DNA from: an uncultured bacterium
Lineage (GTDB): Bacteria > Krumholzibacteriota > Krumholzibacteriia > LZORAL124-64-63
Length of the DNA stretch: 64,000 nt
Reading direction: 5' to 3'
Assembly: GCA_963727525.1 (NCBI GenBank)
Contig: CAVSGO010000006.1
Location: 160,001-224,000 of the forward strand
The notes under the pieces were generated by a model. That model had not been told where the DNA came from, did no database searches, and saw nothing but the letters and a program-made list of their open reading frames with translations. The translations under genes were made by a program, and so were the position numbers. Below, piece after piece: positions 20,482-28,642 of the stretch. Every line of letters starts with the position of its first letter. Positions within the stretch are counted from its first letter, which is position 1.

Positions 20482-21729
20482 CTAGTCCTGGCAACGCACC
20501 TCGACCCGGCGGTTCATGGCGCGGCCGCACTCGTCGTCGTTCGACGCGACCGGTCGCGCCTCGCCTGCGCCGGCGGCTGAGAGTCTGCCGGCTTCTACGC
20601 CACGTGCGACGAGGTCGGCCACGACCGCGATCGCCCGGCGCTCGGAGAGGGTCTGGTTGTAGGCCGCCTCGCCCTCACTGGACGTGTGCCCCTCGATGAG
20701 CACCGTCGCCGACGCTTCGGCCTGCAGCCCGCGCGCGAGCTCGGCCAGGACCGGCGCCGACTCGGGCCGGATGACGTCGGAATCGAAGTCGAAGGTGATG
20801 CCCTGGATCACCGAGCCGCACCCGAGCCGCGGCGGTGCCGGATCCGCACAGTCGCTCACCGGATCGGTGTCCGTGGGCGCGCCGGTGTAGAGCGCGAAAG
20901 GTGCGCCGTTGGTCGACCGCACGCCGCGAATGGTCCCGTCATCGGTGACGCCCAGGATGAACAGGCTGACCACGCCGTCGCTGCGGCCGGTGCCGGTGGC
21001 GCGTAGGATGCTCCCGGTGACGGTGCCCTCGAGACGCGACCCGTCGTCGTAGCAGCCGGCGACCAGGGCCCCTTCCTGCACCAGCCGCAGGTGCACGCCG
21101 CGATCGCGCCACATGCCCGTGAATGCGGTGGAGAGCGCGGGTGTCTCCTGCGTGCCATTGCCGATGATCTCGCTGAACTCGAGGAACATCTGATCGCGGT
21201 CCATCGCGATGCCGCCTTGCAGGCGTACGCGCACCCATTGCACCGGCATCGTCGCCTGCAGGGCGAGGTCGGTCACCTGGCCGCGCCGCGCATGCGTGGT
21301 GAGCGTGCCGCGGGCAAGCAGGGTCCACGGCCCGTCCGGGCCCGCGGCCGAACCGTGGACCTCGACCTTCCGCGTGAAGGTCTGCGACGGGCTCGGCGTC
21401 TCGAGCACCTCGGGCACGGCGAGCCGGTCGAAGGTGGTGGGCGCCGGCAACGCGAAGACGAACCCGGTCACCGTGGTCGAGTCGGCCCGGTTCACCAGCG
21501 GGAAGTCGCCGGGATAACCGTCGACGATCTGCAGAGCGTGGGTGAGATTCGTACCCTTGCCCGCTCCCGAGCTTTCCACGCGCAATGGTACGGCACCGCG
21601 GGCGAGCGTGAGGTAGTCGATCCGCGATGGCGGATCCTCGCGGTCACGGATGGTGGGGGAGTCTGCCTGGGCCAGGCCGAACGAGGTGGCAGACATGGCG
21701 AGGGCGAGGGTGACGGCGATGAGGCGCAT
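20482..21729 (-). CDS. OmpA family protein with N-terminal discoidin/galactose-binding-like domain
   Basis: Signal peptide; ITFDFDSD, IEGHTSSEG, YNQTLSERRA, NRRVE. Confidence 0.88.
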   Translation of the reverse strand: MRLIAVTLALAMSATSFGLAQADSPTIRDREDPPSRIDYLTLARGAVPLRVESSGAGKGTNLTHALQIVDGYPGDFPLVNRADSTTVTGFVFALPAPTTFDRLAVPEVLETPSPSQTFTRKVEVHGSAAGPDGPWTLLARGTLTTHARRGQVTDLALQATMPVQWVRVRLQGGIAMDRDQMFLEFSEIIGNGTQETPALSTAFTGMWRDRGVHLRLVQEGALVAGCYDDGSRLEGTVTGSILRATGTGRSDGVVSLFILGVTDDGTIRGVRSTNGAPFALYTGAPTDTDPVSDCADPAPPRLGCGSVIQGITFDFDSDVIRPESAPVLAELARGLQAEASATVLIEGHTSSEGEAAYNQTLSERRAIAVVADLVARGVEAGRLSAAGAGEARPVASNDDECGRAMNRRVEVRCQD

Positions 21730-21815
21730 CCCATCTCCGATCGAGGGGGTGGCGATACGTCGAGATGAGAGGGCAAAATATCATACCAGATTGATCGCGG
21801 AAAGCGAATCCCGTC

Positions 21816-22472
21816 CTACGTCGCCGCGGCGGCATCCTGCTCGGAGAAGTAGCTGGCGAACTGGTCGGCCAGCGCGAGGCGGGCGGCCGCCAGGGCCGTC
21901 GCGGCCGTTTCGAATTCGCTTCGACGCAGCGACTCCGCGAGGCCATGCCAGGTCTCGAGCCAGCCACCGGCGTCCCAGCCGCGATCAACGGCCGCGCTGA
22001 TGTAGCGCAAAGTGAGCCGGTTCTGGCGCAGGGCGAGGGTGCGCAGGGTGAGGTTGCGGCAGCCGTCGAGCGTGATGCGCGTGAGCAGGTAGAACGTTTC
22101 CACGAGACCATCGCGGTCGGTGCGGCCGAGGCGGGCGCGGGAGAGCAGATTCTGCAGTTCCATCACCGCGCGGCCGTCGAGCGGGTCGCGATCGCGCAGT
22201 GCGGCGGGCTCGATGACGGCGAGCACGCGGCAGAGTTCGTTGATCTCGCGCGCGGTGAGCGGCGGTACCTGGAAACCTCGGCCCATGAACGACAGCAACA
22301 CGCCCTCGGCCTGCAGGCCGAGCATGGCCTCGCGCAGGGGGGTGCGGCTGATACCCAGGTCCTGCGACACGCGCGACTCATTCAGGTGCATGCCCGCCGG
22401 CAGGCGACCGTCGACGATGCGCGCGAGGATCTCGGCGCCGACGTCCGTTCGCAGGGGTTTGCGCTCAAACAT
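21816..22472 (-). CDS. GntR family transcriptional regulator (FCD-like C-terminus)
   Basis: HTH LNESRVSQDLGISRTPLREAM. Confidence 0.88.
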   Translation of the reverse strand: MFERKPLRTDVGAEILARIVDGRLPAGMHLNESRVSQDLGISRTPLREAMLGLQAEGVLLSFMGRGFQVPPLTAREINELCRVLAVIEPAALRDRDPLDGRAVMELQNLLSRARLGRTDRDGLVETFYLLTRITLDGCRNLTLRTLALRQNRLTLRYISAAVDRGWDAGGWLETWHGLAESLRRSEFETAATALAAARLALADQFASYFSEQDAAAAT

Positions 22473-22505
22473 GCCACGTCCTTGCCGGGGCGTCGGCGAC
22501 GCGCC

Positions 22506-22814
22506 TCAGACCCGCACGACCGAGTTCTCGGCACCCTCGAAGCCACTGGGGCAGTACCGATCAGCACCGTCGTCGTTCTGCCAGGTCTTGCCGTCGAGGA
22601 GGTAGCGGTACTGGTACTCGCGTCCCACCTCGAGGTCGAGCGTCACCTTGAATTCGCCGCTCTTCAGCTTCTCCAGCGGTGTGGCGCGGGGGTTCCAGTC
22701 GTTGAACTCGCCGACGAGGCTGACCTTCCCGGCCCCGAGGGCCAGATCCTTGGGCAGCCGGAACGTCACCTTGCACACCGGCTTGCTCTTGAGAGGTTTC
22801 TTGATGACGCTCAT
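22506..22814 (-). CDS. Isoamylase early-set / CBM48 glycogen-binding domain protein
   Basis: CKVTFRLP, VSLVGEFNDW, YQYRYLLDG..WQND..AD; start MSVIKK after GGAGG. Confidence 0.88.
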   Translation of the reverse strand: MSVIKKPLKSKPVCKVTFRLPKDLALGAGKVSLVGEFNDWNPRATPLEKLKSGEFKVTLDLEVGREYQYRYLLDGKTWQNDDGADRYCPSGFEGAENSVVRV

Positions 22815-22901
22815 GGACGAATCCTCCGTATAAAGACCCTCGATCTCATCTTTGGGCGCAAGATAGAGCCGATCCGGTCCAGGCGTCAAATCACGTCTCC
22901 G

Positions 22902-24218
22902 TCAATTCGCCGTGCCCAGTTCCAGCATGTACCCCGCCACCGCCTTGAGCTTCTCGTCGCCGAGCTTGAAGGCGGGCATCTGCGGAAAGCCCGCCCGCTT
23001 CTTGCCGGGGCTGCTCGCCCAGGTCACGATGCCGTCGGGATTGTCGGCATAGATCTTCGCAATCTCGCGCAGCGACGGGCCCACGAGCACACGGTCGGTC
23101 GTATGGCATGCCGCGCAGGTGCCCTGGAAGATCTTCTGGCCCAGGGGCACCTTCACGAGCGTCTGGCCCGTGGCTTCGCGCCACTGCGCGGCCGCCACTT
23201 GCCAGCCCAAGTCGCGCGTGTGGGCCGCGACGAGACGACGATGCTCGTTCAGCGCGTTCTCCCGGTAGACGTGGCGGCCGTAGCCCATGGCGAAGGCCGT
23301 GAGCGTGAGGAGTGTGAAGACGAGCACGCCGCGCGGCAGGGCTCGCGCGGCAGGCCGCGTCACCTCCCGCCACATCGTCACCGTGGCCACGATGGCCAGC
23401 GTCACGCCCACGCTGATGATCCCGATGAGGTACCAGCTCACGCCCTGGGCCGGCAGCGTCAACAACAACAACGGCCCGAACACCACCTGCATTGCCGTGG
23501 CGCCCAGGGTGATGCCATAGAAGAGGCGGCGCAGCGCGCGGCGATCGAGCTCCTGGAAGCGCGTCTCCACGTGGTAGCTGTCGCGCAGGAAGAACACGAG
23601 CAGAAAGAGTCCGGCGATCGCCACGCTCGCCGTGAGGAAGTGGAAGTATCGTGGCCACACGTTGGGCAGGGCCAGCGCGGAGACGAAGCCGTGGACCTCG
23701 GACCAGCGGCCAGGGAACAGCATCAGGTTGATGTTGGCCAGGAAGATGAGCGGGATGGCCAGGAACATCGCCGCGCCGGCCATGCCTATCGCGATGTGCA
23801 GGCCCTTGGCGTCGGCGAGCCTGTCCCATGTGTACTTGTGGATGTACGTCACCAGGAAGGCCACCGTCACGAGCGGGATGATCGCGATCCACGCCGCCCC
23901 GGTGAGCGCGTTGGCCGAATAGAAGTACACCGTGTACACCAGGTTGAGGGCCAGTAGCGGCCCCACGCCCAGCACCACGGCCAGGCTCTTGTTCACGGTC
24001 ACGGTGCCGGCGATCTCCCTCGCGAGCACGTCGAAATCACGACGCCGGCGGCCGAGCAGCTCGAACACCACCGTGAGCAGCGAGCCGCCCACCATGAGGT
24101 TCACGAAGAGGATGTGCCACAGGAAGAGCAGCACGAGCAGCGTGTTGACGACCACGGAGTCCGCCGGCAGCGGCAGCGGAATGTCGCGCGGCAGGGGCCA
24201 GTTGGCGATCGAGTCCAT
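22902..24218 (-). CDS. CydA-like polytopic membrane protein fused to C-terminal monoheme cytochrome c
   Basis: LWHILFVNLMVGG (CydA helix-1 like), PRYFHF; heme motif CAACH (23103-23117); distal Met in FPQMP. Confidence 0.78.
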   Translation of the reverse strand: MDSIANWPLPRDIPLPLPADSVVVNTLLVLLFLWHILFVNLMVGGSLLTVVFELLGRRRRDFDVLAREIAGTVTVNKSLAVVLGVGPLLALNLVYTVYFYSANALTGAAWIAIIPLVTVAFLVTYIHKYTWDRLADAKGLHIAIGMAGAAMFLAIPLIFLANINLMLFPGRWSEVHGFVSALALPNVWPRYFHFLTASVAIAGLFLLVFFLRDSYHVETRFQELDRRALRRLFYGITLGATAMQVVFGPLLLLTLPAQGVSWYLIGIISVGVTLAIVATVTMWREVTRPAARALPRGVLVFTLLTLTAFAMGYGRHVYRENALNEHRRLVAAHTRDLGWQVAAAQWREATGQTLVKVPLGQKIFQGTCAACHTTDRVLVGPSLREIAKIYADNPDGIVTWASSPGKKRAGFPQMPAFKLGDEKLKAVAGYMLELGTAN

Positions 24219-24236
24219 CGTGCGGTTCTCCTGTGA

Positions 24237-25613
24237 TCAGCGTCCGAAGCCGGCCGTCTGCACCCCGTCCAGGGGAGCGGGGTCGGCACGCAGCGAGATG
24301 ATGTAGTCGGCGAGCGCGGACTTCTCCTCCGCGGTGCCCGGCACCGGCGGCATGAAGGGGCGCGCGTTCTGGATGCCATCGAGATAGGTGACCAGGGCGG
24401 CGTGGTCCCAGCCTTGCCAGCCGTACATCGCGCCGAACTTCTGCACGATACTGTTCACGCCGTGAGTGGTGTGGCAGCGGCTGCACGCGAGGCGGAACAT
24501 CTCGCGGCCGGCCATGAGTGTATTGTCGTCGGTGACGTCGTGCACCACGGCGTAGGAGGCGTGGGCCAGCAGGCCGTCTTCCGCGTAGAGCGGGTAGTCC
24601 TGGGCGCGCAGCCCGTTGCTGTACATGTAGGCCTGGACGACCTCGGGCTTGCGGATGAACTCGCGCACGCGCTCGAAGTAGCTGAGCTGCCACACCGCGA
24701 AAAGCACCGGCACGATCATCGCCACAGCAGGCAGGCGGCGTGGCGCCAGCAAACCCCACACGGCGACCAGCACGACCACGCCCACCGAGACCGCGATGAC
24801 GACGCGTAGCGGATCGTAGAGCTGCTGGAAGTTCAACGTCGTAAGGGCCACGGGGAGGTTGGCGTGCATGCGTTCGGGGATGACCTTCCAGTACGACCAC
24901 GCGCCCACCAGCCACGCCGGGCTGAAGGCCAGGGCCCAACCGCTGATCGCGCGCACGGCGCGACCGCGGAACTCACTGCCGCGCTCGGTGAAGAGCACCG
25001 TCAGGAAGAGGGCGAACATGGCGGCCGTCACCAGAGCCAGTGGTGTGCGGAAGAAGAGCTGCGGTAGGTAGACGGGGTTGAGCGCCGCGGTCCAGAAGCC
25101 TGGATTCACCGTCCACACGCCGGTGTCCATCTGGAAGCTGAGGATGGCCACGATCACGGCCATGGTCAGCCAGGAGGCGACGCTCAGCGCCACGCCCAGC
25201 CCGAGGTGCGCCTTCTTGTGCGCCTTCGCCCACATCGTCTTCCACGACAGCATGTAGATCAGGATGAGGGCCACCTCGGTCACGAAGACCGTCCACTCGA
25301 AGAACCACGCCCAGAAAAAGACGCGGATCAGGGAGCCTATGGCGTTGGGGTTCACGAGGCTGGTCGACAGCCAGATGCCCACGCCCGTGAGCGCGCCCAG
25401 GCTGGTGGTGACGATGAACGCCACGAACAGGATGCGATACGCCAGGCGGTCCCACTGCTCGTCGCGAGTGCGGATGCCCAGCCACTCCAGATACGTCACC
25501 AGCGGCGCCAGCCCCACGGCCAGCATGTGGTTGATGATCACGTGGAGGGAGGCGATCACCGCGATCAGCAGGCGGTTGCCGAAGAAGTCGAGGTGAAAGA
25601 CCGGGAAATCCAT
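24237..25613 (-). CDS. Cytochrome bd oxidase subunit I-like protein fused to cytochrome c
   Basis: LHVIINHMLAVG, LGALTGVGIW, FFEWTVFVTE (CydA E99/E107-like), ERVREFIRKP; heme motif CSRCH (24471-24485) and RPFMP. Start 25613 follows an RBS (ORF extends to 25637). Confidence 0.8.
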   Translation of the reverse strand: MDFPVFHLDFFGNRLLIAVIASLHVIINHMLAVGLAPLVTYLEWLGIRTRDEQWDRLAYRILFVAFIVTTSLGALTGVGIWLSTSLVNPNAIGSLIRVFFWAWFFEWTVFVTEVALILIYMLSWKTMWAKAHKKAHLGLGVALSVASWLTMAVIVAILSFQMDTGVWTVNPGFWTAALNPVYLPQLFFRTPLALVTAAMFALFLTVLFTERGSEFRGRAVRAISGWALAFSPAWLVGAWSYWKVIPERMHANLPVALTTLNFQQLYDPLRVVIAVSVGVVVLVAVWGLLAPRRLPAVAMIVPVLFAVWQLSYFERVREFIRKPEVVQAYMYSNGLRAQDYPLYAEDGLLAHASYAVVHDVTDDNTLMAGREMFRLACSRCHTTHGVNSIVQKFGAMYGWQGWDHAALVTYLDGIQNARPFMPPVPGTAEEKSALADYIISLRADPAPLDGVQTAGFGR

Positions 25614-25917
25614 GACGGGCATCCTCTTCGGTTGCATGCGCGGGCCAGGTGCGCGCGGCGGGGGCCTTCACGCCGCGTTCCTCGCATATCCGCGTGGCCC
25701 ACGCCGGAAACCCCACCGGAATCGTGTGAGTTAAGTCTTTCTCGAAGAAGAAGTTACGCGACGCGGCATGGTAATGGCAAGGCGGGACACACGCCAGCAC
25801 GCGATAGCCTGGAACACACCGGGGTGGCGTCCGTAAGGACCGGGTTCGATCTTGGGTACGACGCGTAGCGCCGACCGTCCCGGCCGGCGCGCCTTCCCAC
25901 GATGGAGGTCGTTTTCG

Positions 25918-27105
25918 ATGCGCAAGTTCTCCCTCACGTTCCTCGTCGGCCTGGTCGCGGTCCTGGCACTCGCGGCCGGAACGGCGCACGCCCTGCCGGC
26001 GGCGCCGATCATCGCCCAGAGCTGGGACGAGGCGGTGGCGTTGTCTCAGCAGCACGGTTCGCCGATCGTCATCGACTTCTATACCGACTGGTGACCGAGC
26101 TGCAAGGTCTTCGCCCGTGAGGTGGAGGAGAATCAGCAGCTTCGCGGCTATCTGGCCGGGATCGTGCTCTTCAAGAACAACTGCGAGAAGGGTGCGGGCA
26201 TCGATGTCGCCAAGAAATACGAAGTGCACGTATACCCGACCTTCGCCATGGTCGACGCCAGCGGCGAGGTGACCGATCGCTGGGCCGGCTACCAGGGCGC
26301 CGACGGCTTCATCGCCACCGTGGACGCGGCCCAGGCCGACCCCCGGACGATCAAGGAGAAGGTGGCGGCGTTCGACGAGGAACCGACGGTGGCGCTGTCG
26401 CGCTCGCTGGGACAGTACAGCGAGGCGGTGGGTGCGAACACCGACGCCATCAAGTACTACCGCAAGGCGATGGTCCTTGACTCAACGCTCGCCAAGGAGA
26501 TGCGCAGCCAGGTCTTCATGGCCGCGTTCTATGGGTTGCGTTCGGGTGAGGTGACGGGCGATCAGCTCATGGCCGTGGGCCACGAGATCATGGATGCGCC
26601 CGGGAGCGATGCGAACGACTATCTCATGGTCGCCAGTATCGCCAAGCGCGTGGCGTCGGCCAACGACTACGTGCCGATCCTGCAGAAGGCCCTGACCGCC
26701 ACGGCGAATTCCGACGATCCGGAGATGGCGGAGTACCGGCAGGATCTCCTCGTCGACGAGGCTCTCCTGATCAAGAACGACAAGGACGAGGCCCTGCGTC
26801 TCAAGCGGGATACGCTCACCGACACGTGGCGCAACGATCCCGATGAGATCAACAGCTTCGCCTGGTGGTGCTACGAGAACGACCTCAACCTGACCGAGGC
26901 CTACGACCTCGCCATGCGCGGCGCCGATCTGGCCGCCGACGACGGCACCCGGGCCAACATCCTCGACACGGCGGCCTACATCGCCTTCAAGAAGGGCGAC
27001 CAGGCCAAGGCTATCGAGCTGGAGACACGCGCCGTGAAGTTGGCTCCCGATCGCCAGGGTCTGCAGCGCACGCTGGAGAAGTTCAAGAGCGGGGAGGCCG
27101 GCTGA
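25918..27105 (+). CDS. Putative exported selenoprotein: thioredoxin fold (UxxC) plus TPR-like domain, Sec at TGA 26092-26094
   Basis: RBS GGAGGT 25904-25909; signal peptide ending AHA. IVIDFYTDW-TGA-PSCK is in frame with ORF 26122..27105; cis-Pro loop YPTF; TPR-like C-terminus (NSFAW, NILDTAA). Confidence 0.88.
26108..26128 (+). promoter_or_regulatory. Candidate bacterial SECIS element
   Basis: TCTTCG(C)CC-GTGA-GGTGGAGG stem-loop; the apical loop starts with G 23 nt after the UGA. Confidence 0.65.
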
Positions 27106-27130
27106 GACTTCCCGAGACGCCCGTATCGAT

Positions 27131-27172
27131 GCAAGCGGCCGTGGATCTCTGGATCCGCGGCCGCTTGCTTTT
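27131..27172 (+). terminator. Intrinsic terminator after the selenoprotein gene
   Basis: 17-bp stem GCAAGCGGCCGTGGATC / GATCCGCGGCCGCTTGC (one G-U), 4-nt loop, then TTTT. Confidence 0.8.
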
Positions 27173-27182
27173 CGTCGCGGTC

Positions 27183-27226
27183 TTGCGGGACGTCGCCGTT
27201 TCGTGTACCGTACCAACCGGTAGGTA
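27183..27226 (+). promoter_or_regulatory. Putative promoter and TetR operator
   Basis: TTGCGG-N17-TACCGT, then near-palindrome TACCAACCGGTAGGTA (27211-27226) overlapping the TetR start codon. Confidence 0.65.
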
Positions 27227-27876
27227 TGGAAATGCAGGTACAGCGAACACAACACGAATCCAAGCGCAAGCTCCTCGACGCCGCCCTCCGCGTGATCCGT
27301 ACGAAGGGCTACGAGGCGGCGACGGTGGAGGATATCTGCCGGGAGGCGGGGCTGACGAAGGGCAGCTTCTTTCACCATTTCAAGGGGAAGGAAGACCTGG
27401 CCGTGGCGGCGGCGGAGTACTTCGCCACCATGGCCGACGGGCTCTTCGCCGACGCGCCGTACCGGCATCTCGAGGATCCGGTCGAGAGGGTGCTCGGGTA
27501 TGTCGATTTCCGCCGCGCGATCCTGCGCGGTGCGTTGCCCGAGTTCACGTGTCTGCTGGGGACGATGGTCCAGGAGACGTACGCGACCCACCCGGCCATC
27601 CGCGAGGCCTGCGACACGCACATCAGCGCGCACGCGGCCGACGTCGCCCGCGATCTCGCGGCGGCACAGGCGCGCGTGCCTTCTTCCCGGGCGAGCTGGA
27701 ACCCGGAGGATCTCGGCCTCTTCACGCAGGCCGTGATCCAGGGCGCCTTCGTGCTCGCCAAGGCCCGGGGCGGCCCCGAGGTCGCCGACGCGTGCCTCGC
27801 GCACCTGCGGCGGTATCTCGAGCTGCTCCTCGATCGCCCATTCCCAGCCGCGAAGGACGACGACCATGACGGATAG
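27226..27876 (+). CDS. TetR family regulator (NemR/LmrA-like)
   Basis: HTH ATVEDICREAGLTKGSFFHHFKGKEDL; CLLGTMVQE. Confidence 0.92.
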   Translation: MEMQVQRTQHESKRKLLDAALRVIRTKGYEAATVEDICREAGLTKGSFFHHFKGKEDLAVAAAEYFATMADGLFADAPYRHLEDPVERVLGYVDFRRAILRGALPEFTCLLGTMVQETYATHPAIREACDTHISAHAADVARDLAAAQARVPSSRASWNPEDLGLFTQAVIQGAFVLAKARGGPEVADACLAHLRRYLELLLDRPFPAAKDDDHDG

Positions 27877-28642
27877 ACAGCACCCCTTTTGCTGGTACGA
27901 GCTGACCACGCCGGACGCCACGGCGGCCGCGCGATTCTACGGCGACGTGTTCGGGTGGACGGCGCGCGATGCCGGCAACCCCGCGATGCCATACACCCTG
28001 CTCGCCTCCGGAGGTCGCGACATCGGCGGCATCTATCAGTTCCCGGACGATCCGAGCTGCGCCGGCATGAAGCCGGGCTGGCTCGGCTACATCGCCGGCG
28101 ATGTCGAGACCGACGTACCGCGCGTGCAAGCGGCGGGCGGCACGGTGCACAAGGCGTGCACGGACATTCCCGGCGTAGGCCGCTTCGCGATCGTCGGCGA
28201 TCCGCACGGCGCGGCGTTCGTGATCTTCACGCCTGACCCGATGCCGGGCGACATGCCCGAACCCGTGCCGGCCACCACGCCGGGCCACGTGGGCTGGCAC
28301 GAGTTGCACGCCGGCAACGGCCTCGAGGCCTGGGAGTTCTACTCGGGGCTCTTCGGCTGGACGGGACGGGACGGGCTCGATATGGGACCAGCCGGCGTCT
28401 ACCGGATCTTCGCGATCGACGGCGTGGACCGGGGCGGCGTGATGACGAAGATGCCGGAGATGCCCGCGCCGAGCTGGCTCTACTACGTCACTGTGGCGGG
28501 CATCGACGCGGCGATCGCTCGCGTGAGGGCTGCCGGCGGCACGATCATCAACGGACCGCACCAGGTTCCCGACGGCCCATGGATCGCCCAGGGTGCGGAT
28601 CCTCTGGGTGGGATGTTCGCGATGATGTCGGAAGCCCGCTGA
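27866..28642 (+). CDS. Two-domain VOC family protein
   Basis: FCWYELTTPD..FYGDVFGW and VGWHELH..FYSGLFGW repeats; DPHGA/DPLGG. Confidence 0.9.
   Translation: MTDRQHPFCWYELTTPDATAAARFYGDVFGWTARDAGNPAMPYTLLASGGRDIGGIYQFPDDPSCAGMKPGWLGYIAGDVETDVPRVQAAGGTVHKACTDIPGVGRFAIVGDPHGAAFVIFTPDPMPGDMPEPVPATTPGHVGWHELHAGNGLEAWEFYSGLFGWTGRDGLDMGPAGVYRIFAIDGVDRGGVMTKMPEMPAPSWLYYVTVAGIDAAIARVRAAGGTIINGPHQVPDGPWIAQGADPLGGMFAMMSEAR

Noticed and set aside
26092-26094. TGA as genome-wide Trp/Gly recoding, or as a pseudogene nonsense mutation
   Set aside because: TGA terminates many intact genes here (e.g. 1645, 27105, 28642). The codon sits precisely on the redox Cys with a SECIS-like hairpin and both halves look intact, so Sec is more parsimonious. 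A pseudogene is not fully excluded.
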